Shown here: in pieces, positions 42,306 through 51,954 of the stretch
How positions within the stretch are numbered: the stretch's first letter is position 1
Layout: the number at the start of each line of letters is the position of its first letter
Virus record (IMG/VR): IMGVR_UViG_3300021168_000016
Coordinates: 61,422-125,421 of that record
Strand: one strand, 5' to 3'
DNA length: 64,000 nucleotides
Source: a virus
The notes under the pieces: generated by a model
The model's input: only the letters and a program-made list of their open reading frames with translations
Told to the model about the DNA's origin: nothing
Database searches by the model: none
Made by a program: the position numbers and the translations under genes

Positions 42306-43364
42306 TTGAAGCCGAAGATCAGATTGATGGTAGATTCAGGCGCGTATAGCTCCTGGACGCAAAATAAGCCGATCTCCCTTCCTGAATACACAGAGTTCGT
42401 TCTAAAGAATCAAGAGGTAATAGATTCTGTAGTTAACCTTGATGTAATACAACCCGGCTCGCCTGAGACTGCGGCTGCGGCAGGAAGAGAAAACTTCTTA
42501 AAGATGAGGGAGGCTGGTGTCATTAGCCTCCCTGTCTTCCACGCTCGTGAGAGTCTAAAGTGGTTCGATCTTATGCTGGAGGAATGTCCTTACATTGGGA
42601 TATCAGCCACTAGTCTGGTTAGTCCTAGAGAGCAGCAATCATTCCTTGATCTAGCATTCCATTATGGAACAGATAGTAAAGGCTATCCAATTGCTAAGTA
42701 TCATGCATTCGGAGATACAGCTCCAAAGTCCCTGTTGTCATATCCATGGTTTAGTTGTGATAGCGCCACCTGGATGATATCAGGATGCAGAGCAGGCTCT
42801 GTCAAGCTGAAAGGGAAGACATATAGACTACGTTCTAAAGTAGTCTCTGATACTAATTACATTTCAGATCACGATGCTCTTCCTCAGAAAGAGGCTTGGC
42901 AAAACGAATTCAGAATGCTGGGATTAGATCCTGATGCTGTGATGTCTGTTAAGACTACACCTTCCCAACTGGCTATGATTAGATCCTATCTTGTAGCTAG
43001 TGACATCTTGAAGCTCCAAGAACAGACAAGAGGAGTAACACGCTTTAAGAAGCCAGGAGCACTCATCATCAATAAGAAGCAGGAGGCTGGTGGAATAGAA
43101 AGAGAAGGTCCTATCCGTGTCATATTTGTGATTAGTCCATCGGCAGCGTTTATGAACTTCCCAGTTATATGTGCTCTTGGGATCAAGGATATCTTGGCGT
43201 CTTACTTTTATATTGCGAAGGAAAAACCTAGATTTTGGCACGAACGATTAGTCCCCTTTCTACACGACCCAATGGCTTTCATTAAAAGTGATATGAAAAT
43301 GTCTGCTTTCTATTCTAAACTTCAGGAGGTGTTACTAAAAAAGGAATCGACGATTTTAGTATAA
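42306..43364 (+). CDS. DpdA/TGT-like 7-deazaguanine DNA transglycosylase
   Basis: VDSGAYS, NLDVI, PVFH, YHAFG, YPWFSCDSATW motifs; lies within the que cluster. Confidence 0.75.
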   Translation: MKPKIRLMVDSGAYSSWTQNKPISLPEYTEFVLKNQEVIDSVVNLDVIQPGSPETAAAAGRENFLKMREAGVISLPVFHARESLKWFDLMLEECPYIGISATSLVSPREQQSFLDLAFHYGTDSKGYPIAKYHAFGDTAPKSLLSYPWFSCDSATWMISGCRAGSVKLKGKTYRLRSKVVSDTNYISDHDALPQKEAWQNEFRMLGLDPDAVMSVKTTPSQLAMIRSYLVASDILKLQEQTRGVTRFKKPGALIINKKQEAGGIEREGPIRVIFVISPSAAFMNFPVICALGIKDILASYFYIAKEKPRFWHERLVPFLHDPMAFIKSDMKMSAFYSKLQEVLLKKESTILV

Positions 43365-43650
43365 GATTTGACATGGCCTGACCCGGTTAGGTAGGGTAAG
43401 GTTAGCTCCGGTGACACCAGGTTAGGTGCGGCTGGCAAGGATTAAGATTTGACACGGTGAGGTGTGGTCGCGTATGGCGGGGTAAGGTTTATCTTGGCGA
43501 GGTAAGGTTAGGCTGGCTAGGTGAGGTTCGTTGCGGTACGGTTAGCCACACTTTGGCTAGGTAGGGTAGGACGCGGTTAGGCTGACGTGGTGGAGCAGGG
43601 CACGGCTTGAAATGGCTCGGTGTGGTAGGGTTGGGCGTGGACCGGCAAGG
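43362..43650 (+). ncRNA. Pentamer-coded guide array (GGY-NN), 4 units
   Basis: 5-nt phase, mostly GGT/GGC + NN, 12-13 pentamers per unit; leader TAAGATTTGACA (43362, 43443), junction GGCT, terminal GGCAAGG (43434, 43644). Confidence 0.75.
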
Positions 43651-43696
43651 CCGTTCTATTTTTGGTGTCAACTCGAGGACGAAGAGGAAAAAGAAT

Positions 43697-44089
43697 ATGC
43701 CTACACAAGAACAATTAGCGATGGATGAAGCTATAAAGGTAGCTGCTATGTATCTACTTTACGACAAAGAGAACGAAACATCTTTGAGGGTAGCATTCGC
43801 TGCTCTTGCACAGGAAAGACATAATCATTTTCATACTAAAAGGGAGAAGAATGAAGACTGTGAAGTAGACTTCCCTGAGTGTAAGAATGATATCTGTCAG
43901 GCTGCTTTCAAAATACTTCAGGAGGCAAGAGAACCTGCTGTTGAATTCACACCTCTCAGTCTAGAACTAATAGATAACTACACGATGAAGGTAGAAAAGA
44001 CACAGAATATCTGTCGTGTAGAACTTGTAAAAAAGAGTAGTGTTGCACCTGCAACACTGAAGGAAGGCTCCGTTAAACTAACGGTATAA
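43697..44089 (+). CDS. Hypothetical protein
   Basis: ATG after GAGG; the track ORF from 43607 runs through the array and its extension is spurious. Confidence 0.6.
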   Translation: MPTQEQLAMDEAIKVAAMYLLYDKENETSLRVAFAALAQERHNHFHTKREKNEDCEVDFPECKNDICQAAFKILQEAREPAVEFTPLSLELIDNYTMKVEKTQNICRVELVKKSSVAPATLKEGSVKLTV

Positions 44090-44107
44090 CAATATGGAAG
44101 GGAAGCT

Positions 44108-45205
44108 ATGCTCGTTAAGAATCTAACAGCCATCTGTAAACTGGCAGGTAGGATATCAAATCCTTCTTCGCTAACAAATCTGTATCGAAGCATCCAACTC
44201 GACAATACTACAGCACGTGTGAATTCTGAGTTCGGGAATATGGAGATCAAAATGGAGGAGGAGACTGGACTGTCAAAACCTCGACTCCTTCAGTTGAAAG
44301 ATCTCAGTGCTGTGAAAGAATTACCGCAGAACTCAGAGATTATCTTCACTGAGAAAGAGAACCACTTAGCGTGGAAGTGTGGATCTGCATCAGGTAAGTG
44401 GAACTTTGTCTTTGCTGACTATTCTATCCCGCAGATAGACCATAAAGATTTCCCTTGGACTCCGCCTGATAATTTAGCTACAGCATTACGCTTAGCTAGT
44501 GCAGCTTGTCAATCAGCTAGCCTCTCTGTTGGCTTATATGGACTCTCTATTGAAGTCGTTGGAGAAGAACTCTACCTAATGAGCTGTAATTCAGTCAGTC
44601 TTGCTGCTACAAGGATTGCGAAGGGATCATTCCCAATAGATAAGATTGTATTACGTCCTCCAGTCCCTGAGATCATTGCTGCACTTGTAGGTGAATGTCC
44701 AGGATGTAAACTTGATATCACAGATGAGGGTATATTCATTGATGGTGGCTGGTTGAAAGCACAATTACCATTTGGGCAGAAGCTAGATCAGGATCTTAAG
44801 AAGATCTATGATAAGTGGACTACTTCAGCACAGCATACAGCGAAGATTGATTCAGGTGTAATCAAGAAGTTTATCGCAAGGGCACGTATTCTGAGTGATA
44901 AGCATACTTCTTTCACCATATCGATGAAAATCGTTGATGGTAAATTGTTGCTGTCACACTCAGGTATATCCTCTAGTTCAGAAGAGTTCTTTATCTGTGA
45001 AGGATTAGATCCATCTATCAGCTTTACTTCTTCCCAAGAAGTAGAAGAGGGAGAAGAGAATCGGGGTATAGCTCTCGAAGCTGTATTAATACTTGTAGCA
45101 CTCTCATTTGTTGATGAAGCTATCTTTGATTACCTTCCTCAGAACACTCTAGTTCTGAGAGGGAATGATCCAAATTACTGTTACGTTCTTGGCGGCGGGC
45201 AGTAA
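44108..45205 (+). CDS. Sliding-clamp (DnaN-like) protein
   Basis: 365 aa three-domain alpha/beta pattern, located just before PolA and the clamp loader. Confidence 0.55.
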   Translation: MLVKNLTAICKLAGRISNPSSLTNLYRSIQLDNTTARVNSEFGNMEIKMEEETGLSKPRLLQLKDLSAVKELPQNSEIIFTEKENHLAWKCGSASGKWNFVFADYSIPQIDHKDFPWTPPDNLATALRLASAACQSASLSVGLYGLSIEVVGEELYLMSCNSVSLAATRIAKGSFPIDKIVLRPPVPEIIAALVGECPGCKLDITDEGIFIDGGWLKAQLPFGQKLDQDLKKIYDKWTTSAQHTAKIDSGVIKKFIARARILSDKHTSFTISMKIVDGKLLLSHSGISSSSEEFFICEGLDPSISFTSSQEVEEGEENRGIALEAVLILVALSFVDEAIFDYLPQNTLVLRGNDPNYCYVLGGGQ

Positions 45206-47706
45206 TGGGCTTAATTTCTTACGATGGCTGTGACAATTGTCCCATTCGAAAGACTTGGCCACTGCTTCATTCTCCGAAGATGGCATTCACAGAACCTACT
45301 GTTCCTGTAGATATTAATCTACTGTGTTTAGGGGAAGCGCCTGGACAAGAAGAAGATGCTGTGGGTGAGCAGTTCGTCGGTAAAACCGGAAAATATCTTA
45401 GAGAACGTATCCCTCGAGAGTGGAGAGATAAACTATACTTTCAGAATGCAGTTCGCTGTCGTCCTACCGATACACAGGAGAAGAATAGAAATCCTTCTAT
45501 TACAGAGATCAGTTGCTGCAGTACATATCTCAAGGAGGATCTTCTTACTATTAGACCAAACGCTATCTTGGGAGTAGGTAGTATACCTCTTTCTAACTTC
45601 TGGCCTGATCTAATCATCTCAAAGATCAGGGGTATTCCTTTCCCAATTCAGTTCACAGACAAAACATCATGTTGGTACTACCCGACGTTCCACCCTTCAT
45701 ATGTTTCTAGGCTAGAGAGGAGAGATGAAGATGGCAGCTACACGAATTATGCTGAACCAGTCTTTAGAAACGATCTTAGGATCTTCTTTGAGCAGGTTAG
45801 AACGAAGTTCGCTACTCGTCCTAGGATTTATTCTCCTCCTAAACAGATTGATTATCCTAAGAGTGCAGAAGAGGCTTGGAAGCTATTCCAGCAGTTAGAA
45901 GAACCTTATGCAATCGACTTTGAAACATTTAAGCTCCGTCCATACATGCGTGATGCGTTACTCCTTACCTGTGGATGTTCAGATGGCAAAACGACATTTG
46001 CTTTCCCTGTGATGTGGCCGGGAGACATGAATCCTTGGGGTAAATCTTTTTTGGCCAAAATGGCGAGGACGAAGAAGAAATGGATTGCTCAGTCCTCGTC
46101 CATGGAATTAACCTGGATGCGGTATATAACTCAGGAGCATGATCACATATTTGAAGATACAGAGATACTGGCTAGGTTAAATCACAATAGGAAAGGTCTA
46201 GGATCGCTTGACATACTCTCTAAAGTCTATTTAGGATTTGATATCAAGGCATTGAACCCTAACATGGATAAGAATAGGATGAGGGAATATCCTTTACCTA
46301 AAGTCCTGAAGTATAATGCTCTAGATGCTTGGGCTACCGTTGAAATCTTTCATCTACTTGGAGCTGAATTAGCTCAGAAGCCTAATCAGTTAGAGAACTA
46401 TTATCGTTCTATCGATACAGTTTCCAGTTGTACAGATATGGAATTGAAAGGATTGGATGTAGATATCAGTGTGGCTGAGGAGATGCAGAAAGTGCTCTAC
46501 AAGCAGTCAGTTGAGCAAGGTAGGCAGGCTAAAGCCATCCCTGAAGTAAGGGCATTTGAGAAGAAGGAAAGTAGGATATTTAGTCTTACAGCACCGGATG
46601 ATGTAGCAGCTGTCTTAGTTAGATACTGTGGAGTAGATTTAGAACAAGATCATGAGACTAAGCATTACTCAACGAAAGAAGAAGTACTCACACCCTTATT
46701 AGGGTTACATCCTTTAGTCGATCTGACACTAGAGTCGCGTGGTACAGAGAAGCTTCTCTCTACATACATACTTCCTATCCTATCAGGTGAAATCATAGCT
46801 GTAGATGGTAAGATTCATTCCCAGTATCGAGTTGTACATGTTTCAACTTTCCGATTATCGTCAGAAGCGCCAAACATGCAGAACTGGCCTACCCGGAGAA
46901 ATCATGAGATCAGACGAATGATTAAAGCGCCTCCTGGGTATGTAATAGTCAAGTTTGACTACGCAGGACTGGAAGTACGAGTCTTGTGTATGGCAAGCAG
47001 GGATCAAAATCTGATGAACGATATCCTAGACGCACCAAAGAATCTAGGACAGAAAGATATCCATTGGTACTGGCTTAAGAGGATTTTACAACTCTATCCA
47101 AAGTATATGGATCGACTGGCTGATAAGACAGGCGAGAAAGAAGAACAAGCAATACTTGATGGCGGTAGAACTATCATCAAAACAGACTTTGTCTTTTCTA
47201 GCTTCTACGGATCTAAAGCAGGAGCTATCGCCAACAAGACGCTTATTCCTGTCGATGTACTTAAGGAACTCCACCTAGAATTCTGGAATCGTTACGCTGC
47301 TACTAGGAAATGGATTGATGGACAAACTAGATTCTATCAGCAGCATGGCTACGTACAATCACTTACAGGCAGGATGAGGAATGAAGTATTGCCCGGACAA
47401 GAAATTGTGAACTCACCGATTCAGGGTACAGGAGCTGAAATCGTATTGGAAGCACAGAACGCTCTCCATAATAGAGCCATGCAGGAAGATATTAACTTTC
47501 TCCCTCGAATGAACGTGCATGACGACATAACATTTTTCCTACCAGACACCAGTGACCTTGAACGGTATATACAAGTGATAGGAGCAGACATGACAATGGC
47601 TAGATTCCCATTCGTTACGGTACCACTGGCTGTAGAATGTTCATTGGGATACAATTGGGCTGATACCGAAAAGGTTAGCGTTATAACAGGAGCAGCATAT
47701 GCCTGA
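45205..47706 (+). CDS. polA: Family A DNA polymerase with N-terminal family-4 UDG-like domain
   Basis: GEAPGQEED..G..FVG, NAVRCRP, FHPSY (UDG); IDFET and YNALD (exonuclease); RLSSEAPNMQN, DYAGLEVR, NSPIQGTGA, VHDD. Confidence 0.92.
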   Translation: MGLISYDGCDNCPIRKTWPLLHSPKMAFTEPTVPVDINLLCLGEAPGQEEDAVGEQFVGKTGKYLRERIPREWRDKLYFQNAVRCRPTDTQEKNRNPSITEISCCSTYLKEDLLTIRPNAILGVGSIPLSNFWPDLIISKIRGIPFPIQFTDKTSCWYYPTFHPSYVSRLERRDEDGSYTNYAEPVFRNDLRIFFEQVRTKFATRPRIYSPPKQIDYPKSAEEAWKLFQQLEEPYAIDFETFKLRPYMRDALLLTCGCSDGKTTFAFPVMWPGDMNPWGKSFLAKMARTKKKWIAQSSSMELTWMRYITQEHDHIFEDTEILARLNHNRKGLGSLDILSKVYLGFDIKALNPNMDKNRMREYPLPKVLKYNALDAWATVEIFHLLGAELAQKPNQLENYYRSIDTVSSCTDMELKGLDVDISVAEEMQKVLYKQSVEQGRQAKAIPEVRAFEKKESRIFSLTAPDDVAAVLVRYCGVDLEQDHETKHYSTKEEVLTPLLGLHPLVDLTLESRGTEKLLSTYILPILSGEIIAVDGKIHSQYRVVHVSTFRLSSEAPNMQNWPTRRNHEIRRMIKAPPGYVIVKFDYAGLEVRVLCMASRDQNLMNDILDAPKNLGQKDIHWYWLKRILQLYPKYMDRLADKTGEKEEQAILDGGRTIIKTDFVFSSFYGSKAGAIANKTLIPVDVLKELHLEFWNRYAATRKWIDGQTRFYQQHGYVQSLTGRMRNEVLPGQEIVNSPIQGTGAEIVLEAQNALHNRAMQEDINFLPRMNVHDDITFFLPDTSDLERYIQVIGADMTMARFPFVTVPLAVECSLGYNWADTEKVSVITGAAYA

Positions 47707-48634
47707 ATCTACACCTCTTATTACAAAGTATCGACCGATTGCCTTCTCTGAAGTTATCGGTAATACTGAGATTATTAAAGGATTAACGGATGCTGTAAGA
47801 GGACCAAATTGTCCTCACGGATTCTTATTCACAGGATCAGCTGGGATTGGCAAGACAACTTTAGCTAGAATTATTGCTAAAGAAATCAATGCCTCTATCA
47901 TAGAAATCGATGCTGCCTCCAACTCCGGAGTCGATGATATGCGTCTGGTAGTTGAAGCTTCAGGATTTAGTTCTATCACACTTCAGCCAAACAGATTGTA
48001 TATCATCGATGAAGCTCACAATCTCAGCTCTAAGGCTTGGCAACCTTTACTTGCTCTTATCGAAAATGCTCCTAAGTCAGTCTTTGTAGCTTTATGTACA
48101 ACTGATCCAAAAAACATCCCTACTACAATCATATCACGTTGCCATCCTGTTCCATTACGTCCTCTGAAATCTCGAGAGATAGAAGATTTAGTTGTCGTTG
48201 TAGCTGAACTTGAAGGATGGCCTCTACATGGAGATATTATCATGCCTTTAGTTATGTCTGCTGAAGGCAGTGCAAGGAGAGCTTTATCTAATCTACAAGC
48301 ATGCCACCTAGCACAATCAAGAGAAGAACTTTCTAAACTGCTACTAAAAGTTGAGTCAGAAGATGATCCGGCCATTAAGCTATGCAAGTATCTGATGACA
48401 GGAAAGCGTGAATGGAGACAGATCCAATCTTATCTAATTGAAGTTGATGATCATGATAGAGCATTACAGGACATGACTCGATACCTAGTTGGGGCAATGG
48501 GGCGCAGCGAAGAAAGCCAAGCACACGAACTCTGGCTACTCGTGCAAAAGTTTACAGCTCCTTCGATGTGGGATAGAAAGGTGCAACTTTATGCTGCTGT
48601 CGGGAATTCTCTTTGGGGGCAAATCCCCTTTTAA
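47699..48634 (+). CDS. Clamp loader, DnaX/RFC-like AAA+ ATPase
   Basis: KYRP..F.EVIG, GSAGIGKTT, EIDAASNSGVDD, IIDEAH, SRC. Confidence 0.9.
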   Translation: MPESTPLITKYRPIAFSEVIGNTEIIKGLTDAVRGPNCPHGFLFTGSAGIGKTTLARIIAKEINASIIEIDAASNSGVDDMRLVVEASGFSSITLQPNRLYIIDEAHNLSSKAWQPLLALIENAPKSVFVALCTTDPKNIPTTIISRCHPVPLRPLKSREIEDLVVVVAELEGWPLHGDIIMPLVMSAEGSARRALSNLQACHLAQSREELSKLLLKVESEDDPAIKLCKYLMTGKREWRQIQSYLIEVDDHDRALQDMTRYLVGAMGRSEESQAHELWLLVQKFTAPSMWDRKVQLYAAVGNSLWGQIPF

Positions 48635-48639
48635 GTTTA

Positions 48640-48648
48640 CGGTATAAT
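48640..48648 (+). promoter_or_regulatory. CGGTATAAT -10 element upstream of the single guide
   Basis: Matches the CGGTATA core of the conserved promoter motif. Confidence 0.5.
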
Positions 48649-48660
48649 ACTTATGTAAGC

Positions 48661-48747
48661 GGAAATGACGCGGCTAGGTTGGGCGCTGCGTGGACTGGTA
48701 TGGTAAGGTCCGGCGCGGTTGGGTATGGTAAGGTTAGGCAGGCAAGG
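48661..48747 (+). ncRNA. Single GGY-NN guide unit
   Basis: GAC-start, 14 pentamers, GGCAGGCAAGG end, as in the 43.4-kb array. Confidence 0.75.
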
Positions 48748-48759
48748 AAAGGTAAATCA

Positions 48760-49227
48760 ATGGGGGAAGATCGAGAACCAACTTTCAAGGCTGAAAAGTA
48801 CCGCTGGTTGAAGCAGAGAGTTCGACTTGATCTTCTCTACATTGACGAAGATATTCAGGAACTACCTATTCTTCTTCAGGAAGCAGGAGAAAACACAGCA
48901 GTAGCACTAGAGCGAAGAGAATCAACGAAGGCAGATCTTGAGACACAGGAAGCAGTAACAGCAAATAGGCTTAGGCGGGATGAGTACAATGGAAAGAAGT
49001 CAGAGGCTGCTATCGCAAGCATGATACCGCTTGATGAAGACTACCAAAGGATCCAAAAAGATCTAAGCGAAGCTAGACTAGATGCTTCACTCTGGATGAA
49101 TTTGATGGATACGTTACGCTCTAAATCGTCTCTAGTCAGAGCTTCAGCAGATCTAGTACAAGCAGGGTTTATTTCTACCGTTCACTACACCGAAAAGAGA
49201 AAACGAGACTTGAGAACGCCGTCATGA
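48760..49227 (+). CDS. UvsY-like recombination mediator
   Basis: Helical protein with SEAAIASMI..DEDY; located between clamp loader and SSB. Confidence 0.55.
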   Translation: MGEDREPTFKAEKYRWLKQRVRLDLLYIDEDIQELPILLQEAGENTAVALERRESTKADLETQEAVTANRLRRDEYNGKKSEAAIASMIPLDEDYQRIQKDLSEARLDASLWMNLMDTLRSKSSLVRASADLVQAGFISTVHYTEKRKRDLRTPS

Positions 49228-49354
49228 ACTTTTGGATTTATATCTTGTCTGTACCTTTGATCCTAGTATTCTTGTACCTCGTAACAAGGATGGTAACGTC
49301 TGCGTATTTCAAATCTAAGAGTGAATATCTCAAAAAGAAGTGGGAGGAAATGAA

Positions 49355-50401
49355 ATGAGTAGCTTCAAATATGCGCCTCGCAGCAACGAGGCATGGGCAA
49401 AGCGTGAGAAGGGAAGCACCTTCGAGGGCTTTATCAAAGATCAGTACATGGGTTTCTCACCTAAGAAGGATAACTGGATTCGCTTCCTTCCTCCGACATG
49501 GGATAATCCATCTCACTATGGTATCGATATTTGGGTTCATTATTCTGTTGGACCTGAGAACGCAAACGTACTCTGTCTCTATAAGATGACAGGGAAGCCA
49601 TGTCCTGTCTGCGAAGCACATGCAGTCGCTGAAGCTGCGGGACGTGAAGATGCAAACAATCTAAAGGCAACTCGTCGAGTGCTTGTCTGGGTTGTCAATA
49701 GGAAAGAAGAGAAGGATAGGAAGCCGCAATATTGGGCACAACCCCAAACCGTAGATAAAGAGGTCACTAAGATCTGTCGTGATAGGGTTACAGGACAGCT
49801 TTACTACATCGACCATCCGGATCAAGGATATGATGTAACCTTTGATAAAGATGGTGAAGGGATGACCACTAAGTACAACGGCTTCCAAATCGCTAGGCAG
49901 GCATCATCTGTTGAAGATGTCTATCTAGACTATGCCTTGGCCAATCCACTGCCTGAAATCTTGCAGTGGCGATCGTATGATGAAGTTAAAGACTTGTTTG
50001 AAGGCACAGCCGGACCCACTACTCAGCTTCATCCGGGACAGGCATCACATCCTATAGCTGAGGTGCCGAAACCAATTGCTACAGGGCCGGTGGTTGTACC
50101 AACTCCTTTGCCCCAACCGCCACCGCCCCAAGTCAACACAGTTGTATTACCTCCACCTGCTGCTCAGTTCTGCGCCTTAGAAGTTGAGTACCAAGGTAAC
50201 ATGTTCGGATGTAATTACGCACCCGGACATTCAGGAGATCATCACTATCAACGGTACCTGCGTCAGGCACAGCCACAAGCGCCTGTTGTTCCACCCCATG
50301 TAGCTTCTCCGGGTAATTCAGGAGTAGTACCCCAAACAACACAATCAGCAGCTGATCGTGCTGCTGGATTGAGAGATCGGTTTAAGACCGGACCGAGGTA
50401 A
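49355..50401 (+). CDS. ssDNA-binding protein (T4 gp32-like)
   Basis: NWIRFLPP, VHY, CPVCE, DPDQGYD-like segment; Pro-rich tail. Confidence 0.8.
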   Translation: MSSFKYAPRSNEAWAKREKGSTFEGFIKDQYMGFSPKKDNWIRFLPPTWDNPSHYGIDIWVHYSVGPENANVLCLYKMTGKPCPVCEAHAVAEAAGREDANNLKATRRVLVWVVNRKEEKDRKPQYWAQPQTVDKEVTKICRDRVTGQLYYIDHPDQGYDVTFDKDGEGMTTKYNGFQIARQASSVEDVYLDYALANPLPEILQWRSYDEVKDLFEGTAGPTTQLHPGQASHPIAEVPKPIATGPVVVPTPLPQPPPPQVNTVVLPPPAAQFCALEVEYQGNMFGCNYAPGHSGDHHYQRYLRQAQPQAPVVPPHVASPGNSGVVPQTTQSAADRAAGLRDRFKTGPR

Positions 50402-50403
50402 AT

Positions 50404-51954
50404 ATGTTAGCAGTTAATGAGATCTACGGACCAGTAGCACAGGGAGAAGGGGCATCCTCTGGGATGCCCTGTATCTTCCTTCGGCTATCCGGATGTAACC
50501 TAGCCTGTATTTGGTGTTTCATAGGCTATACAAAGATTGCTACGCCTAAAGGATCAAGGAACATCAAGGACATTCGCGTTGGAGACTTAGTACTAAGCTC
50601 TGACGGAAGAATCATAGTCCCAAAGAAAGTAACGAAAATCTTTAAAAGAGAAACTTCTAAAGATGAAATCGTTAGAGTTTTAGTTGAGGGCGATCCGGGT
50701 GTGGTAAATAATAGAGTCTACTGTACTAAGAATCATGAATTCTCAACAAATAGAGGTTGGGTTTCTGCGCAAGATTTAAAGCCCGGTGATGAAATTGAAT
50801 TTGTAGATAACATCAACTGGCATATGAAAAATGATAACCCCTCCTGTAGACCTGAAGCTAAGCAACGATTATCGGAAATGGGTAAACGAATACATACCGG
50901 TAGAAGGGCATCTACAGAGACACGACTACGGTTAAGAGCATCTAAGTTGGGACCCAAGAATCCGCGGTATACCGGAACCTGTAATGATCCGGGATATTTA
51001 ACTCTTTGGTATAGAACAAGGAGGGATGTTCTAAAGAGGGATGGGTACAAATGTCAGAACTGCGGATCGACAGAAAACCTAGAAGTTCATCATAGTATTC
51101 CCTTCAAGATTTCTAAAAGTCATGATCCAGGTATTCTAATTACCCTCTGTAGATCATGTCATCGACAAGCCGAAAGACAGTTTCTTCACAACGGTAAGAA
51201 AGTTGTATCAGTAACACCTGTCAGCGTGAAGCAAGCAGCAAGATTCAATGGCAATAGTAAGGTAATTGAGGTCTACAATCTAGAAGTAGAGGATAACCAT
51301 ACCTACTTCGCCAATAGTTTTCTTGTGCATAATTGCGATACCCCTTACACATGGAATTGGGGAGGGACTAAGTTCGAGCATCCTGACAAGTATGATCCTA
51401 AACTTGAAATGCACACGATGTCTGTACAAGAGGTTAGTGATGAGATTTACGAGAAATCAGAAGGAATTAGGCTTCTAGTTATTTCAGGAGGCGAGCCGAT
51501 GCTACAGCAGTCAGCATTGATACACTTTCTGAGGAAGCTAAAAGATGAGAATCCCAACTGGTGGGTAGAAGTTGAGACTAATGGGACAGTTGAACCTCAT
51601 GATGAATTCATTACGTTGATAAATCAGTTCAACTGCTCTCCAAAGCTATCTAACGCAGGAAAGGATAACCCTCGTAGCAAGAGATTAAAGTTTCATGTAC
51701 TAAAGAAGATTAAGAATTCAGGTAAAGGTACATTCAAGTTTGTGATCCAATCAGAAATTGATCTAGAGGAGATGAGAGAGATTCTCCATATGGCTGAAAT
51801 ACCGCCAAGTAGTGTTTGGCTCATGCCGGAAGGACGTACTCGTGAGGAGCAGTTAGCTAGACAAGAGCAGGTTGAGCGGATGACTAAGGAACATGGCTAC
51901 AACTTTAGTCCCAGACTACACATCCTTGAACATGATAATAAGCGAGCTGTGTGA
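50404..51954 (+). CDS. queE: 7-carboxy-7-deazaguanine synthase with intein
   Basis: QGEG..SG.P..F.RLSGCNLACIW|intein|CDTPY, ISGGEPMLQ, ETNGT, CSPKL, PRLH. Confidence 0.93.
   Translation: MLAVNEIYGPVAQGEGASSGMPCIFLRLSGCNLACIWCFIGYTKIATPKGSRNIKDIRVGDLVLSSDGRIIVPKKVTKIFKRETSKDEIVRVLVEGDPGVVNNRVYCTKNHEFSTNRGWVSAQDLKPGDEIEFVDNINWHMKNDNPSCRPEAKQRLSEMGKRIHTGRRASTETRLRLRASKLGPKNPRYTGTCNDPGYLTLWYRTRRDVLKRDGYKCQNCGSTENLEVHHSIPFKISKSHDPGILITLCRSCHRQAERQFLHNGKKVVSVTPVSVKQAARFNGNSKVIEVYNLEVEDNHTYFANSFLVHNCDTPYTWNWGGTKFEHPDKYDPKLEMHTMSVQEVSDEIYEKSEGIRLLVISGGEPMLQQSALIHFLRKLKDENPNWWVEVETNGTVEPHDEFITLINQFNCSPKLSNAGKDNPRSKRLKFHVLKKIKNSGKGTFKFVIQSEIDLEEMREILHMAEIPPSSVWLMPEGRTREEQLARQEQVERMTKEHGYNFSPRLHILEHDNKRAV
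50515..51333 (+). mobile_element. Intein with HNH endonuclease in QueE
   Basis: Starts CFIGYTKI; CTKNHEF block B; RDGYKCQNCG...LEVHH...LCRSCH; ends VYNLEVEDNHTYFANSFLVHN/C. Confidence 0.92.

Noticed and set aside
42306-43650. Guides A-D matching the upstream dpdA-like gene (e.g. C gives DSAT, D gives MSV..P, B gives D..M..F..K)
   Set aside because: At most about 4 of 12 dinucleotides match, which a rough estimate puts at chance level for a 352-codon gene
43489-43696. ORF 43489-43671(-) and the N-terminal extension of 43607-44089
   Set aside because: Pro- or Gly-rich translations are artefacts of the GGY-NN repeats
48613-48759. N-terminal 49 aa of track ORF 48613-49227
   Set aside because: Reads through the promoter and guide unit; the real start is likely ATG 48760
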